Virus record (IMG/VR): IMGVR_UViG_3300015360_000004
Coordinates: 1 to 60,283 of that record
Source: a virus
Taxonomy: Duplodnaviria > Caudoviricetes
Length of the DNA stretch: 60,283 nucleotides
Direction: 5' to 3' (one strand)
In this document: one piece after another, positions 28,123 to 37,862 of the stretch
How positions within the stretch are numbered: the stretch's first letter is position 1
Layout of the letters: every line of letters starts with the position of its first letter
Made by a program: the position numbers and the translations under genes
Notes under the pieces: generated by a model
The model's input: the letters and a program-made list of their open reading frames with translations, nothing else
The model's database searches: none
Told to the model about the DNA's origin: nothing

Positions 28123-28150
28123 AATAAATAAAGGGCCTTCAGAGGCCCCT
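28123..28150 (-). terminator. Intrinsic terminator ending the replication operon
   Basis: AGGGGCC TCTGAA GGCCCTT TATTTATT. Confidence 0.8.
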
Positions 28151-28179
28151 ATTAATACCACACTATCATTGTCACTACT

Positions 28180-30309
28180 TCACTTTCGGATAATTTTTGT
28201 CCTAATCCTCACGGTCTTAGGCGCAGAATCCTCAGGCTTTAACCTGCCTGTTACCCCATAAAGACCGGCCTTCTTCGCCAGGTCCGCAAGGTCCGGATGT
28301 GCGACGTACATGCTCAGCAATCCGTGAGAGCCCGCAGTTTTCTTTATAATCCTCAATGCCTGGAGGTCCTCCGCCACCCTGTGCATGGTGGACTGCGAAA
28401 GGCCCGTCCTTTCTATCAGCCACTTACTGTCCTTCGGCTCCTCGGGAGTATTGGACAGCAGAAGGTTGATAATGTATTCGAACCGGTCCGGGCAGGTATC
28501 GCAGGCGACCTGGCGAACCAGGCGAAGCTCATCCTCTCCCACCTCCGCATGGTCCAGGTAAACCGCTATACCTATGGCCAGCTTGCAGAGCTGCTTGCCG
28601 ATGCGGGTACCTATCTCCTTGATTGGCATGGTAAGCTGCTCCTGGCTGAAGCGGTCCTTCTGGAGAGAAGCCCTCATCCGTGAAACGAACATGGCCATCG
28701 CGGCGACCTGCATCTTGAACTCGGGAGGAAGAATGGGGAAAGTGGGAGGCATGGGCTTCTCAAGCATCCTGTAACAGAGGTCTCCGAGCTCCTCCTTCAT
28801 CTCGTTCTCATGCTCGATTCCATCAATGGCCTTGAGGATTCTTTCCTCCTCGCTTTCCGGGGATAGGTGCTTGTCCAGCCGAAACTTCATGAAGCGCTCA
28901 CCCAGGGAACTCTGGAGCGTGAGGTAGCCGTCAATCGCGTTGGTCACCGCTGCTATGATGCCGAACTTCGACTCATACTTGCGAGTATGCCCGGAGTAGC
29001 TCTTCTCGATTCGTCCGTCATAGATGTCGCGCAGAAGCCCGAATATCTCGTCGCGGGTATTCGGGTGCCCGGACAAGATGGTCGTGAAGTCCTTGATTAC
29101 CAGGACGCGGTTATTGAGCCTGGGCAGGATGCTGGGGTCCGCGCCGTCAATGCCTCGGTGGCCGGAGATTAGTGAAGCCGGCGTCAGGGTCGTCAAAGTC
29201 TCGATGAAAGGGCTCTTGCTAAGCGGCGAGACGAAGGTCGTCTTTCCGCCGCCGGGAGGCGCTACCAGAAACTGCCATATCGGCTCCCCCGTCGGCATCT
29301 TGTTCGCGAAGCAGGTTCCCATCACGACCGTGATTGGGTCGTAGTTAAGCAGTTTCAGGTATTTCGAAAACGCCGCCTCCAGCTCTTTTCGCGTCGGTAC
29401 CACCACGTTGGAAACGGTCTCCGCCTTGACTTCCACCGGGGAATCACGTTCTACCTGGGTATTCAATGAGAACATCTTGTTGAACCGTTCGAATCCGGTT
29501 TTAAGCCCGGTCTTCGTCGCCTTCATGAAATTGTATTCAACCGACTCCAAGACCAGGTCCCGTATGTCATAGCCGTCTGAAACCGCCTCCGGCCATTGAA
29601 GGAACCGGACCTCGGAAGCCACTTCGCGAAGAGCCCTGGCAGATTTCTCCTCGCCCTTCCGTCCCGCCTCGTCATGGTCAAAGCAACAGAAGACCTTCCG
29701 GTCCTTGAAGTACAGGAGCCAATCCTTATTGAGGTTGCCGGCGCCGGGCAACGCCACGACCACGGCGTCATGCGCCAAGAGCTTGAACCAGTACTGGAGG
29801 GCGTACATATCCCACTCGCCCTCGCAGATGTAGACGGGTTTCGAGTTTCCTGGAATATGGTGACAGCCCTTCAAAGGCAGCTTGACTCCCGCGGTCCTGA
29901 ATATCTTGCCCTTCGGCTCCCAATACGAAAGGGCATTCAGCTTGCCCTCCAGGTTGAAGGCCGGAATCATGAAAGCGCCCGTCAATGGGTTCTTGGCCAC
30001 GTCCCCGTAAAATGCCGTTGGAGGTAGGCCTCTATCCTTCGCAAGGGGCATCAGGTCGGCGTTCTTGGTCGTGGTAAGGCAGAACCTGTACCACTGGTCC
30101 AGGAACGTATAAAGGTTTCCAGAGCGGCTGGTATTCTTGGAATCCCACATCCCCGTCTCTTTGTTGACGAAGAACTTGTCCTCCTTCCCTGAGAAAGGGC
30201 AAATGCCGCGGAGGTTTTTACCGTCCGAGGCGAAGCCGCTGAACCTGACTCCGTGCTGGTAGAAAGCGAAGCCCTGCTCGTACTCCTCCTTCAGCTCTTT
30301 AAAGCTCAT
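28180..30309 (-). CDS. Primase-helicase (Zn-finger-like, TOPRIM, MCM-like AAA+, wHTH)
   Basis: CPF..., ICEGEWD, FDHDEAG, APPGGGKT, IKDFTT, GERF. Confidence 0.88.
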   Translation of the reverse strand: MSFKELKEEYEQGFAFYQHGVRFSGFASDGKNLRGICPFSGKEDKFFVNKETGMWDSKNTSRSGNLYTFLDQWYRFCLTTTKNADLMPLAKDRGLPPTAFYGDVAKNPLTGAFMIPAFNLEGKLNALSYWEPKGKIFRTAGVKLPLKGCHHIPGNSKPVYICEGEWDMYALQYWFKLLAHDAVVVALPGAGNLNKDWLLYFKDRKVFCCFDHDEAGRKGEEKSARALREVASEVRFLQWPEAVSDGYDIRDLVLESVEYNFMKATKTGLKTGFERFNKMFSLNTQVERDSPVEVKAETVSNVVVPTRKELEAAFSKYLKLLNYDPITVVMGTCFANKMPTGEPIWQFLVAPPGGGKTTFVSPLSKSPFIETLTTLTPASLISGHRGIDGADPSILPRLNNRVLVIKDFTTILSGHPNTRDEIFGLLRDIYDGRIEKSYSGHTRKYESKFGIIAAVTNAIDGYLTLQSSLGERFMKFRLDKHLSPESEEERILKAIDGIEHENEMKEELGDLCYRMLEKPMPPTFPILPPEFKMQVAAMAMFVSRMRASLQKDRFSQEQLTMPIKEIGTRIGKQLCKLAIGIAVYLDHAEVGEDELRLVRQVACDTCPDRFEYIINLLLSNTPEEPKDSKWLIERTGLSQSTMHRVAEDLQALRIIKKTAGSHGLLSMYVAHPDLADLAKKAGLYGVTGRLKPEDSAPKTVRIRTKIIRK

Positions 30310-30310
30310 G

Positions 30311-30838
30311 CTAGCCCTTCACTTTATAGAGGTCCATGCCCTTGAACAGATACTCGACACCTTCCAGAAGGGTCGATTCAGGCATGTGGCCGAACTCCAC
30401 CGACTTGGGGTACTCCGCGCTCAGGAAGTCGAAGTAGATGGCTATGTCAAACCGGTGAATCACATAGTGGAGGATGACCATGCGCCAGCCTTCATTCTCT
30501 TTTGCCGGGGTGATATCCAACCTGGCGCCCTTAACGTCTATGTCGCAGTTGTACCCCTTCTTGCCCGCCCACGCTTTTACGGCCTTTATCCATGGCGCGG
30601 ACCTGCCTCCGGCCGGCTCGTCACCGTCGAGCTCGATATCCTTGTTTGGCTTGCGTGGCTTTCTGGCCTTCTTGCTCGTTGCAGCATCCTCATCAACCGC
30701 CTCCTCGTCGTCATCCAGGACCTCTTCGTCCGATTCCGCGGCCATCTGCTTTTGGATTGCGGCGAGCTTCTTTTTCTTCTCTTCCATGGATTCTACCGGA
30801 GCGACTGCCTTCCTGACGATTTTGACTACCTGGGTCAT
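30311..30838 (-). CDS. Hypothetical protein with an acidic/basic N-terminal tract
   Basis: Coupled between PolA and the primase. Confidence 0.7.
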   Translation of the reverse strand: MTQVVKIVRKAVAPVESMEEKKKKLAAIQKQMAAESDEEVLDDDEEAVDEDAATSKKARKPRKPNKDIELDGDEPAGGRSAPWIKAVKAWAGKKGYNCDIDVKGARLDITPAKENEGWRMVILHYVIHRFDIAIYFDFLSAEYPKSVEFGHMPESTLLEGVEYLFKGMDLYKVKG

Positions 30839-32820
30839 AGCTCTAGCTTCACTTTCTGAGCCCAACTGGTCTCTGTTACTGATGGTTCAATTATGAAGGG
30901 ACTCGGCATTCCGAAGTACGTGTGTAGGTTTCCCTGCATCGCCTTTGTAATGTCCCGACCGAGCCGCTTTGAATGGTGCTTAAGCGGAATCTCCATGCCG
31001 AGTTCATCGTGTACGGTCAGCAGGGTGCGGCACCCGGGATACTTAGTGCGAAATACATTGGCGACGTTATTCATTGCCCGCTTGATGACCCCCGCAGCAG
31101 GGCCCTGAGTATCGTAGTTCAACGCCTTGTAGGCGAACCGGGGGTCAATCACGTACACACGGCCGAAATTATCCTTAATCCAACCCTGCATCTGGATTTG
31201 GGTCATCAATTTACGGTTGTAGTCAAACACCCCGCGGTACGTACGCCAGTACCCGTCGTACAGCTGTTTGGCTTCTGAGTAATCGATGAGGAGCTGCTCG
31301 GCTATGGCCGACGGCCCGCCTCCGTACGGCATGGTGAAATTAACGGTCTTCGCCTTCTTGCGATAATTGTCGAAGGCTTTCTTGTCGCCGAAATCCGCTT
31401 CGGTACCGAATAGGCTTGTTGCCAGGTAGGAGTGCATGTCCCTACCGCCAAGCAGATTTTCCACCATTACTGGGTCCTTCGAATTGAAAGCCAGAATCCA
31501 AATCTCTATCTGTGAATAGTCGAAGAAATAGAGGACATGGTCTTTCCTGGGGACAAAGCACTCACGGATTCGGTAATCGACCGTACCCTTGCGCTTGATT
31601 GAGGTGGCTGAGCTGATATTCATCAGATTGGGCTCAGAACAGGACAAGCGACCGGTGACGGTACCACAGGTCCGGAAATTGGGATGTAGGACGAAGTCCT
31701 CTCCTTCCCAGACGCCTAGGCGCTTGAACGGCGCGATGAACGAGCCGAGCTGGTGCTCTGCGCCGCTCAGGTTCACCAGAACCTTGGCCAGCTCATTCCC
31801 ATTCTTTGCCCACTTGGCAAGGGTAGTGCCGTCCGTGGTCAGGGTCTCCTCCCGGATTCCGTCTTTCCGCTTACGCCGCTTGTACTCCGGCCGCAACCCG
31901 AATTGGCCCTTGCCCTTGCCGTAAAAGGTGGCCTTCATCTGGATGGGGGAACCGGGATTCAGGTTGCCGTAACCCAGGTCTGCTTTCGCCTTTTCGGAGC
32001 TGTCAATTATGCCCTGGTAGTACTGCTCCAGCTCCAGAACCTTCTCGAAATCCAGCTTTATGCCGGTGAGCTGCATTTCCCTGGTAACGGATAGGAGCTC
32101 GTTTTCCATCTCCAGGATGGGCCGATAGCTGTCATACTGAGACCCGTCCTCCGGAACCTCTTCGTAGAAGTCCTCGTAGCCAGTATACAGGGCCATGGTC
32201 CTGTCCGTGTCACCCAGGGCGTAGGTCTCGCACTTTTCCGCGTCACCAAGCCAGTAGTCGGCCTCGGGGTCACCCAGCGGATTGAACCACTGCCTTGTCT
32301 TTGACTTGCTGTCGGCCGAAATGGCGTAGGAAACCTTTCTGGCTGCTCGTCTGGCGGTCTCGACTGTCTTCAGCAGGTCCTTCTGGTCCTCTTCGCTCCA
32401 GTTGAATAATTCCTTGCACAGGGGCTTCAAACCGAACGCAAAGCGGTTCGGGTTATGTACGTGCGACATGACGAGGGTGTCAAAGACTGGGCCAACCACC
32501 TTGATGCCAATCTTAAGCAACATGGTCACGTCGAAGTTCGCGTTATGGAAAACCTTGACGATGTTCGGGGTGGATTCGAAGAAATGCTTCAATGCCAAGT
32601 ACCCCGGCATGTTCCTGCGGTAGAGGACCTCCCTGGTGTAGGGGTTGACCTCGAACCGGATGTAGGCGTTCTCACCATCATACGAAGTGAAGGAAAAGGC
32701 GAATGGCCTCGCCGGATGGTATCCAAGGCGAACAATCGAGCCGTAAACATGCAATCCGGTTGTTTCCGTATCTGCCGCGACAGCCTTGCTTTTGTACAGT
32801 TTATCCAGCATTTGTCCCAT
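30835..32820 (-). CDS. polA: Family A DNA polymerase with 3'-5' exonuclease
   Basis: DTETTG, HNANFD, TVTGRLS..EPNL, DYSQIE, RKKAKTVNF...YG, TVHDE. Confidence 0.97.
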   Translation of the reverse strand: MGQMLDKLYKSKAVAADTETTGLHVYGSIVRLGYHPARPFAFSFTSYDGENAYIRFEVNPYTREVLYRRNMPGYLALKHFFESTPNIVKVFHNANFDVTMLLKIGIKVVGPVFDTLVMSHVHNPNRFAFGLKPLCKELFNWSEEDQKDLLKTVETARRAARKVSYAISADSKSKTRQWFNPLGDPEADYWLGDAEKCETYALGDTDRTMALYTGYEDFYEEVPEDGSQYDSYRPILEMENELLSVTREMQLTGIKLDFEKVLELEQYYQGIIDSSEKAKADLGYGNLNPGSPIQMKATFYGKGKGQFGLRPEYKRRKRKDGIREETLTTDGTTLAKWAKNGNELAKVLVNLSGAEHQLGSFIAPFKRLGVWEGEDFVLHPNFRTCGTVTGRLSCSEPNLMNISSATSIKRKGTVDYRIRECFVPRKDHVLYFFDYSQIEIWILAFNSKDPVMVENLLGGRDMHSYLATSLFGTEADFGDKKAFDNYRKKAKTVNFTMPYGGGPSAIAEQLLIDYSEAKQLYDGYWRTYRGVFDYNRKLMTQIQMQGWIKDNFGRVYVIDPRFAYKALNYDTQGPAAGVIKRAMNNVANVFRTKYPGCRTLLTVHDELGMEIPLKHHSKRLGRDITKAMQGNLHTYFGMPSPFIIEPSVTETSWAQKVKLEL

Positions 32821-32875
32821 TAACGGCTTTGGGCGGGGATTAGCCCGCCCTCCACCTTCGAGATGTCTAAATCAC

Positions 32876-33661
32876 CTACCCTTCTTCGATGACGCCGGTG
32901 ATTTGGTCTCGGGTCACCGTGCCCTTCACCTTGCCCTTACCCGGTTTCACGTAGACCGCCTTGAAGGAGTCGCCGTCGATGACCTCGACGATTTCCCCCT
33001 CCAGGTCGACGCCGTCCTTCGTGAAGGTGATTTTGGTGCCGACCTTCAGCTCTACCGCGGCTTCACCGTCATCGCTGGCGGCGTCGTCGTCAGCGACCTC
33101 GTCCTCGTCTTCGGCGGGGGGCGGTTCCGGCTTCTTGGCGGCCTTGGCGGGTTTCTCCGCCTTGGGAGCCTTTACCGGTTTAGCCGGCTTTTCCTCCTCT
33201 TCTTCCTTCACTTCTGCGACAGGCGTGCTCTCCTCACCCGTATCGACCATGTTGTCGATGCGGAAGTTCTTGAACTGGGGATTCGCCGAGTTGTCGTAGA
33301 TGGAGGCCAAGATTGTCGGATGCGCTTCCTCCACGTCCTTGCAAGACTGTTCCAGGTCTTTCTCGTCCTCGATGGTGGAGATGTCGAAACCCATCGCGCG
33401 CCACCAGCCCAGCATGATGCTGAGGGAGACTTCGTGCTCCCATTTGGTGAACAGCTTGTGCGGCTTATCCTTCAGTTCGCCGTCCATGACCTTCCATTTG
33501 TGGGTAATCATGGGGTCACCCTTTTTGCTGGTGCCGAAATTCACCGACTCCAGGTACAGCACGTACTGCCCATTGGGCAGGTCGGAGAATCCATCGACCG
33601 CCTTCTGTTTGGCGTTCCCGATAAGGCCCTTCAGGTCTGCTTTGTTGAGTTTGGCTACCAT
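32876..33661 (-). CDS. Putative ssDNA-binding protein (DUF669-like) with a low-complexity linker
   Basis: FSDLPNGQY...SKKGDPMI...V.DGE; position after the AAA ATPase. Confidence 0.7.
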   Translation of the reverse strand: MVAKLNKADLKGLIGNAKQKAVDGFSDLPNGQYVLYLESVNFGTSKKGDPMITHKWKVMDGELKDKPHKLFTKWEHEVSLSIMLGWWRAMGFDISTIEDEKDLEQSCKDVEEAHPTILASIYDNSANPQFKNFRIDNMVDTGEESTPVAEVKEEEEEKPAKPVKAPKAEKPAKAAKKPEPPPAEDEDEVADDDAASDDGEAAVELKVGTKITFTKDGVDLEGEIVEVIDGDSFKAVYVKPGKGKVKGTVTRDQITGVIEEG

Positions 33662-33664
33662 GTT

Positions 33665-34552
33665 CTACTTCCCTCCAAGTTTGGTGATTGTTCTACCCAT
33701 CGTCTTCGTCTCCGTCCCCTTCGTTTCATCCTTCTGCGGCAAGGGGGTCTTGTTGTTGAAAGCCGCCATGAAGTTCGTGTACGCCTCCTTGCTGGTCTTC
33801 CCCATCTCGATATCTGAGATGGCGGTACCGTCCGGATAGCGGAAATGGTTCGCGAAACGATTACCCGCCTCGACGTGCATGTCCGGGATGATTCGCATTT
33901 TGCGCTTGTTCTGCGGGTCGATGTATATGTACCCGGTAAGGTCGCAGAACTTGGCCAGCACCTTGTGGCCTGTCGCCATGATGGTCGGCCTCATCATCGA
34001 GTAGGAGCTTCCGTCTGCCCGCTCTATCTCCCGTTCCGCCGCGTGGGAAAGGAAGATGGTCCCGTAATGGCGTGATAGCCGGTAGATGGCGCTGCGGAAC
34101 TCCTCCTTGATGGCGTTCCAGCCCTTGCCGAAATCGTTCTGAGGGGGGTAACTCCAGCCCTGATTCTTACCGACGTGCTCTAGGCACTGGTCCAGACACA
34201 AATCCACCACGTCGAAGGCGACGTTTTTGAAACGCTCACGACCCGCCTTCTTTTCCTGGATGAGGAGGTCGATATAGCCGAGTGTCTCTACCCAGGAATC
34301 CGGTTGACGTGCCTTGAGCCTGTAGTCCTTTCCGGACGGCTCATAGAACAGGTGGAACGTATCCTCGAACTCCATGGAGAGCGAGGTCTTACCGCACTTC
34401 TCTGCCCCGTAAAGGTAGAGCGCGTACCCTTCCGGGGTCGTCGGCGGAATGGTGAACTCATGCTCTCCTGGAAGGGAGAGACTGCTCGCCCTTACCGCTT
34501 TCGGCGCAGCGGCCGCTCCTAGCGGGCTTCCCGTCATCTTCACTTTGTTCAT
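33665..34552 (-). CDS. AAA_24 / Sak4-like ATPase (recombinase)
   Basis: LYGAEKCGKTSL, DFGKGW, IFLSH; start MNKVKM by ATGA overlap. Confidence 0.85.
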   Translation of the reverse strand: MNKVKMTGSPLGAAAAPKAVRASSLSLPGEHEFTIPPTTPEGYALYLYGAEKCGKTSLSMEFEDTFHLFYEPSGKDYRLKARQPDSWVETLGYIDLLIQEKKAGRERFKNVAFDVVDLCLDQCLEHVGKNQGWSYPPQNDFGKGWNAIKEEFRSAIYRLSRHYGTIFLSHAAEREIERADGSSYSMMRPTIMATGHKVLAKFCDLTGYIYIDPQNKRKMRIIPDMHVEAGNRFANHFRYPDGTAISDIEMGKTSKEAYTNFMAAFNNKTPLPQKDETKGTETKTMGRTITKLGGK

Positions 34553-34950
34553 TCCTTCTCCTTCGTGAGTTTGTAGGTGAGAACGCCCTCTTTTTCGAAC
34601 ATGAGCGCTGGCTTTTCCATCTTGTCGTGGTCGTGGCGGTAATAAATAAGGGAGATTCCCGAGTTGATGAGCAGGGTCGCGCACCTGGCGCACGGGTAAA
34701 CGGTGACGAAGAGAACCTTCATCGGGTCATCAACGCAGCACTTGGCGAGAGCGTTCTCCTCAGCGTGCGCGCAACCGCAGGCCGAGCCATCAAGCTGGCA
34801 TGACCAATCCTGACCCCGCGGTCCACCGTTGTACCCCATCGAATAGATACGCGTGAAGCTGCCATCGGTCAGGATTGCCCCGACCCGCTTCGTCTCGCAC
34901 TCAACTCTTTCCGCCAGTGAATCGGCGAAGGACATGAGGATTATTTCCAT
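34549..34950 (-). CDS. dCMP deaminase
   Basis: VGAIL, GYNG, HAEENAL, PCARC. Confidence 0.93.
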   Translation of the reverse strand: MEIILMSFADSLAERVECETKRVGAILTDGSFTRIYSMGYNGGPRGQDWSCQLDGSACGCAHAEENALAKCCVDDPMKVLFVTVYPCARCATLLINSGISLIYYRHDHDKMEKPALMFEKEGVLTYKLTKEKE

Positions 34951-34963
34951 CCTCGGTTTCGGC

Positions 34964-35488
34964 TTAGTAGCCAGAGGCCTGCCGCTCCCTTACGACTTTG
35001 TTCTTTAGCTGGAATATTTCTAGAATTTCTTCCGGTTTCATGAAGTAGGACACGTAGTTCCAGTAGGACATGAACGCATGCCTGAGAAGGCATTGAAACA
35101 CCACCTCGTTGGTCTTCGAGAGGGTTTTCTTCCATGGCTTATTCTTCAGTTCATGGCTAGCGCCAGCAAGCTGCTCCACGAAATCACGCCACCTACTGCG
35201 CGGAACCACTTCAAAGGTCCACGGCTTGATGCCACAGAGTATTAGCAACTCAAGCGTAAAGTGGAGCCCGTCGACCAGCTCGACCTTGTGCTCGTCCTCA
35301 TGGCCAGAATTGTCCTCAGCCACCGCCTCGAAAAGTTCCTCGACCGCAAACCACATCATGCTCCTTAAAACGGCCTGATGCTCAGGGTCGTCGATATCCA
35401 GTGGCCATTGAGGAATGACTCCTAAAAATCCGAGCATCGTTTCCTCCTGAAGTAGGTAGACGCGCTCAAAGCAGGTGGGTCCGGTCAC
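34964..35488 (-). CDS. All-alpha dUTPase / NTP pyrophosphatase
   Basis: EELFEA, ELVDGLHF, KNKPWK, KN.V...RQ..GY. Confidence 0.85.
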   Translation of the reverse strand: MTGPTCFERVYLLQEETMLGFLGVIPQWPLDIDDPEHQAVLRSMMWFAVEELFEAVAEDNSGHEDEHKVELVDGLHFTLELLILCGIKPWTFEVVPRSRWRDFVEQLAGASHELKNKPWKKTLSKTNEVVFQCLLRHAFMSYWNYVSYFMKPEEILEIFQLKNKVVRERQASGY

Positions 35489-35880
35489 TTGGCCTGCTCC
35501 TGGCAGGTTATGACCGTGCGGTCATCGAAACCGGGCTCGGGCTGCCGGTAAACCGGGGGCGGGTAGGTAAATGCCCCGTCCGCGGGACGGTCGTCCTTGT
35601 CCCGACGCAAGCGTATGTGGTGGGCGAGTGCGAGGCAGTTGAACGCCGCGTGGATGGCGTGCGGAAGCCCAGTCTCCGGGTCGTTCTCCTCCTTACGCCA
35701 GAACGCCCAGAGGTGACGCATCGCCGCGCCAAACAGGCGGCTCCAGGCCAGCCCTTGCTCCCAGTTCCGGTCGGAGTACTTCTTGCTTCCGAGGGTATAG
35801 ACCTGCGCGAGCAGCTCAAGCTCCTCGGCTGGTATGAGGTCGTACCTGGTTTTTCCCTCGTCGTGCTTGATGCCGCTCAT
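35485..35880 (-). CDS. dATP/dGTP diphosphohydrolase (DUF5664)
   Basis: GIKHDEGK.RYDLIP, G..KY..RNWE.G, RHL, DPETGLPH..HA. Confidence 0.92.
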   Translation of the reverse strand: MSGIKHDEGKTRYDLIPAEELELLAQVYTLGSKKYSDRNWEQGLAWSRLFGAAMRHLWAFWRKEENDPETGLPHAIHAAFNCLALAHHIRLRRDKDDRPADGAFTYPPPVYRQPEPGFDDRTVITCQEQAK

Positions 35881-36926
35881 GCCTCCTCCTCCTCGGCGAT
35901 GGTCTTGTACTTGTCATGGGTATCCGGCCGAATCTCCAGGCCGGTCAGGTTCTTGCGCCTGCTGTTGCAGTAATCCATATAGACGCAGGGCTTATTGAAG
36001 TTGAAACAGGCGTCCGTGTTCTCCAGGTCGTCCTTATGGCCCCTATCCCACCATTTCTTGTAGGCATCCAACTCCAACTTCAGCCGACGCTCGAATTCAA
36101 CCAGGTCCTTCTCCAAGCATGGAACCTCGTAGCGGACGAAGTAAAAGTCGGGGCGGGACATGACGTCCGCCTTAACCCTGGCGCAATAGGCCGCGATGGT
36201 CTCATTCGTTCCCAGACGAAGCTGCGGCCGGCGAATGACGTCCTTGAGGACGCCCTCCGGCACCTCGCCGCGGTCTCTCCAGGTCACCAGCTCATAGAGC
36301 AGGACCTGGAACTCCCTTGCCGTGGTGGCGGCGATGTACTCCTCGTTCCACCGGTCCTTAGTCTTTGTCTCGTCAAGCCAAAGCCGGCCGGTCTTGGTAA
36401 GGCGGTAGATTCCGTCGCACTTGAACCGGATGGGTATGCCGCTTTCCGCCTCGACGTACTTGCCCTGCCGCTCCAGCTCGACCCACTGCTTCTTCTCCTC
36501 GCTGAAGTCCTTCGCCCAGAACCTGAAATAGAAGGGCAGCATTATTGACGCGACCCCGTACGCCAGCTCCATCTCTTTCCGTGAATACTCGTCCAGGCCG
36601 AGGTACTCATCATTGAAATGCCGCTGGAATTCGGCGGGTAGTTTCTCGCATAGGGTCAATGCCTGCTCCAGCGTCTTTACCGTGCCGTCCAATTGGCCGC
36701 GGCGGATAAACTCCAGACCGTAGTGGAATACTCCACCCTGCGCCTGGGCCTTGGAGCGGTTGGTATTCCGAACATAGCCGCGGGCGTACATGCGAGCCTT
36801 GACCTCGCACTCCTTCTTCATCTTCAAAAGCGACTGGGTAACGCCCTGCACCTTCGGGTCATAGTTGAGTTCAACCGCCTGGCGCTTGAATTTTATCGGA
36901 ATAACCACTCGCTTCTTTTCAACCAT
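35877..36926 (-). CDS. PD-(D/E)XK (Cas4/RecB-like) exonuclease
   Basis: GGVFH, KCDGI...DETKT, QVLLY, C-terminal C..C...C. Confidence 0.85.
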   Translation of the reverse strand: MVEKKRVVIPIKFKRQAVELNYDPKVQGVTQSLLKMKKECEVKARMYARGYVRNTNRSKAQAQGGVFHYGLEFIRRGQLDGTVKTLEQALTLCEKLPAEFQRHFNDEYLGLDEYSRKEMELAYGVASIMLPFYFRFWAKDFSEEKKQWVELERQGKYVEAESGIPIRFKCDGIYRLTKTGRLWLDETKTKDRWNEEYIAATTAREFQVLLYELVTWRDRGEVPEGVLKDVIRRPQLRLGTNETIAAYCARVKADVMSRPDFYFVRYEVPCLEKDLVEFERRLKLELDAYKKWWDRGHKDDLENTDACFNFNKPCVYMDYCNSRRKNLTGLEIRPDTHDKYKTIAEEEEA

Positions 36927-36945
36927 CGTTCACCTCGCTTGTGTT

Positions 36946-37018
36946 ATTGTATCGGGATTGGCCGCAAATGCGAACGGCCAGGGAAGAAGTAATGTTCTTA
37001 TTATAATCGCGATATTAT
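36946..37018 (-). promoter_or_regulatory. Promoter with a tandem palindromic site pair
   Basis: CCCGA-TACAAT at 36946-51; sites at 36989-37004 and 37003-37018. Confidence 0.7.
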
Positions 37019-37019
37019 T

Positions 37020-37862
37020 TCATACGGCGATGTCGAACTTGATTCCGGAATACGGGTCGTAACCTATAAGTGACACATCCTTATGAGTCCAATCATAGAT
37101 GCCGCCCTTCCATTCCATGTGCAGCTTCGGATGGGTTCTTGGTGGGCGCATCAATTGAATTTTTGCGTTGTCGACATGGTTTTCGTAGATGTGCGCATCC
37201 CAGAATACCGCAGTCAATTCTCCTGGAATCATACCAGTCTCATGACAAATCAACTCCAGAAGCATGCCGTAGAAAATGATATCGGCCGGAACCCCAATCA
37301 TGATGTCCGCGCTCCGCTGCGCCCAGTTCAAATTGATAACGCCGTTGCAGTGGGTGATATTCCACATGAGATGGCAAGGCGGGAGGGCCATCAGGTGCTC
37401 CTCGGTCGGATTCCAGGCGGAGACTACCATGCGGCGGTCGTCCGGGTTCTTCCGAAGCGTCTGGAGCACCCGCTCCACTTGGTCGAAGCCAATGCCGCCC
37501 CACGGCTGTTGAGGGTACAGGCGGCCCCAATTACGCCACTGCCAGCCGTATATAGGACCGAGGTCTGGGCATTCCGCCGGCGTTTGTCCATTCAGCTTGG
37601 CAGTGACTGGGTTGGCCCAGTGGTCCCAGAAACGGCAACCGCGCTGCTGGTACCAGCCCTTGTCCGTAATTCCATGCAGGAACCCCTCAAGCTCGACGGC
37701 GTTGTTCTTGATTCCCAGCTTCCTGGTGGTGGGGATGGGAAAGCCTTCGGCCATGTCGTGTCTGAAATGGAGTGAATTGACCATAAGGGTATTGCCTGCC
37801 CTCGTCGGCTTAGCCTTGCCGCGGGTAAGCGCGGTCTCGACCAAATCCAGGTATTCCCTCAC
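37020..37862 (-). CDS. thyA: Thymidylate synthase
   Basis: DLGPIYGWQWR, RRMVVSAWNP, MALPPCH, QRSAD, DAHIYENH. Confidence 0.97.
   Translation of the reverse strand: MREYLDLVETALTRGKAKPTRAGNTLMVNSLHFRHDMAEGFPIPTTRKLGIKNNAVELEGFLHGITDKGWYQQRGCRFWDHWANPVTAKLNGQTPAECPDLGPIYGWQWRNWGRLYPQQPWGGIGFDQVERVLQTLRKNPDDRRMVVSAWNPTEEHLMALPPCHLMWNITHCNGVINLNWAQRSADIMIGVPADIIFYGMLLELICHETGMIPGELTAVFWDAHIYENHVDNAKIQLMRPPRTHPKLHMEWKGGIYDWTHKDVSLIGYDPYSGIKFDIAV

Noticed and set aside
35485-35880. 2-aminoadenine (Z) or 7-deazaguanine DNA modification system
   Set aside because: No PurZ, DatZ, QueC/D/E, FolE or DpdA was recognisable; DUF5664 alone is not enough
35877-36926. CRISPR-Cas locus or mini-array
   Set aside because: The Cas4-like nuclease lies in the recombination module, and I saw no repeat-spacer array
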